A stretch of 6,167 nucleotides of DNA. Origin: an uncultured Erysipelotrichaceae bacterium. GTDB lineage: Bacteria > Bacillota_I > Bacilli_A > Erysipelotrichales > Erysipelotrichaceae. Under the pieces are notes generated by a model. It had not been told where the DNA came from and searched no databases. It saw only the letters and a program-made list of their open reading frames with translations. A program made the translations under genes and the position numbers. The stretch covers positions 1 through 6,167 of the forward strand of contig CAYWGS010000090.1 in assembly GCA_964457525.1 (NCBI GenBank), written 5' to 3'. Shown piece after piece: positions 6,130-6,167 of this stretch; position 1 is the first letter of the stretch; each line of letters begins with the position of its first letter.

Positions 6130-6167
6130 GAAATTATTCTGCCATATTTTAATAAAAAATGGTATTG

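Noticed and set aside
6142-6162. Imperfect inverted repeat CCATATTTT-aat-AAAAAATGG upstream of the HAD-like gene
   Set aside because: It matches at 8/9 positions but is almost entirely A/T in an AT-rich intergenic region cut off by the window edge. It cannot be told apart from chance or ordinary promoter A/T-richness, and the -35 region and the upstream neighbour are outside the window.
1-6167. Search for a novel defence, toxin-antitoxin, mobile or secretion system, or for hidden RNA genes and repeat arrays
   Set aside because: All long ORFs have confident housekeeping assignments or a recognisable fold. Intergenic space totals under about 300 nt and is accounted for by promoters, SDs and terminators. 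No direct-repeat arrays, integrase or transposase fragments, tRNA/att-like sites or compositional breaks were seen. Claiming a new system here would not be supported by the sequence.

Overview
AT-rich (about one-third G+C by eye), standard-code, tightly packed chromosomal core locus of a low-GC Gram-positive-type bacterium (Bacillota, or a Mollicutes relative that reads TGA as stop; no finer placement is possible from sequence alone). There are five genes. (1) A small membrane-anchored UPF0154/YneF-family protein (+). (2) plsY, the acyl-phosphate:glycerol-3-phosphate acyltransferase (-), convergent with (1) and sharing a bidirectional terminator. (3) and (4) are parE and parC, the topoisomerase IV subunits (+), transcribed divergently from plsY and translationally coupled by an 8-nt ATGGATAA overlap. 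(5) A HAD-IA-like hydrolase homolog (-), convergent with parC and overlapping its 3' end by 20 nt. I see no mobile element, CRISPR array, RNA gene, toxin-antitoxin pair, defence or secretion system. This is an ordinary housekeeping region, and I do not find a previously undescribed system in it. Four points merit a second look. First, ParC has Ile at the quinolone-resistance hot-spot serine (equivalent to S. aureus/E. coli/Enterococcus Ser80), one G>T step from AGT. Second, the parC and HAD-like genes interdigitate at their 3' ends, each apparently carrying the strand-specific intrinsic terminator of the other inside its own coding sequence. Third, the HAD-like protein keeps motifs II-IV but lacks the catalytic DxD of motif I. 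Fourth, the parC start is better placed at ATG 2991 than at the ORF-track TTG 2973.
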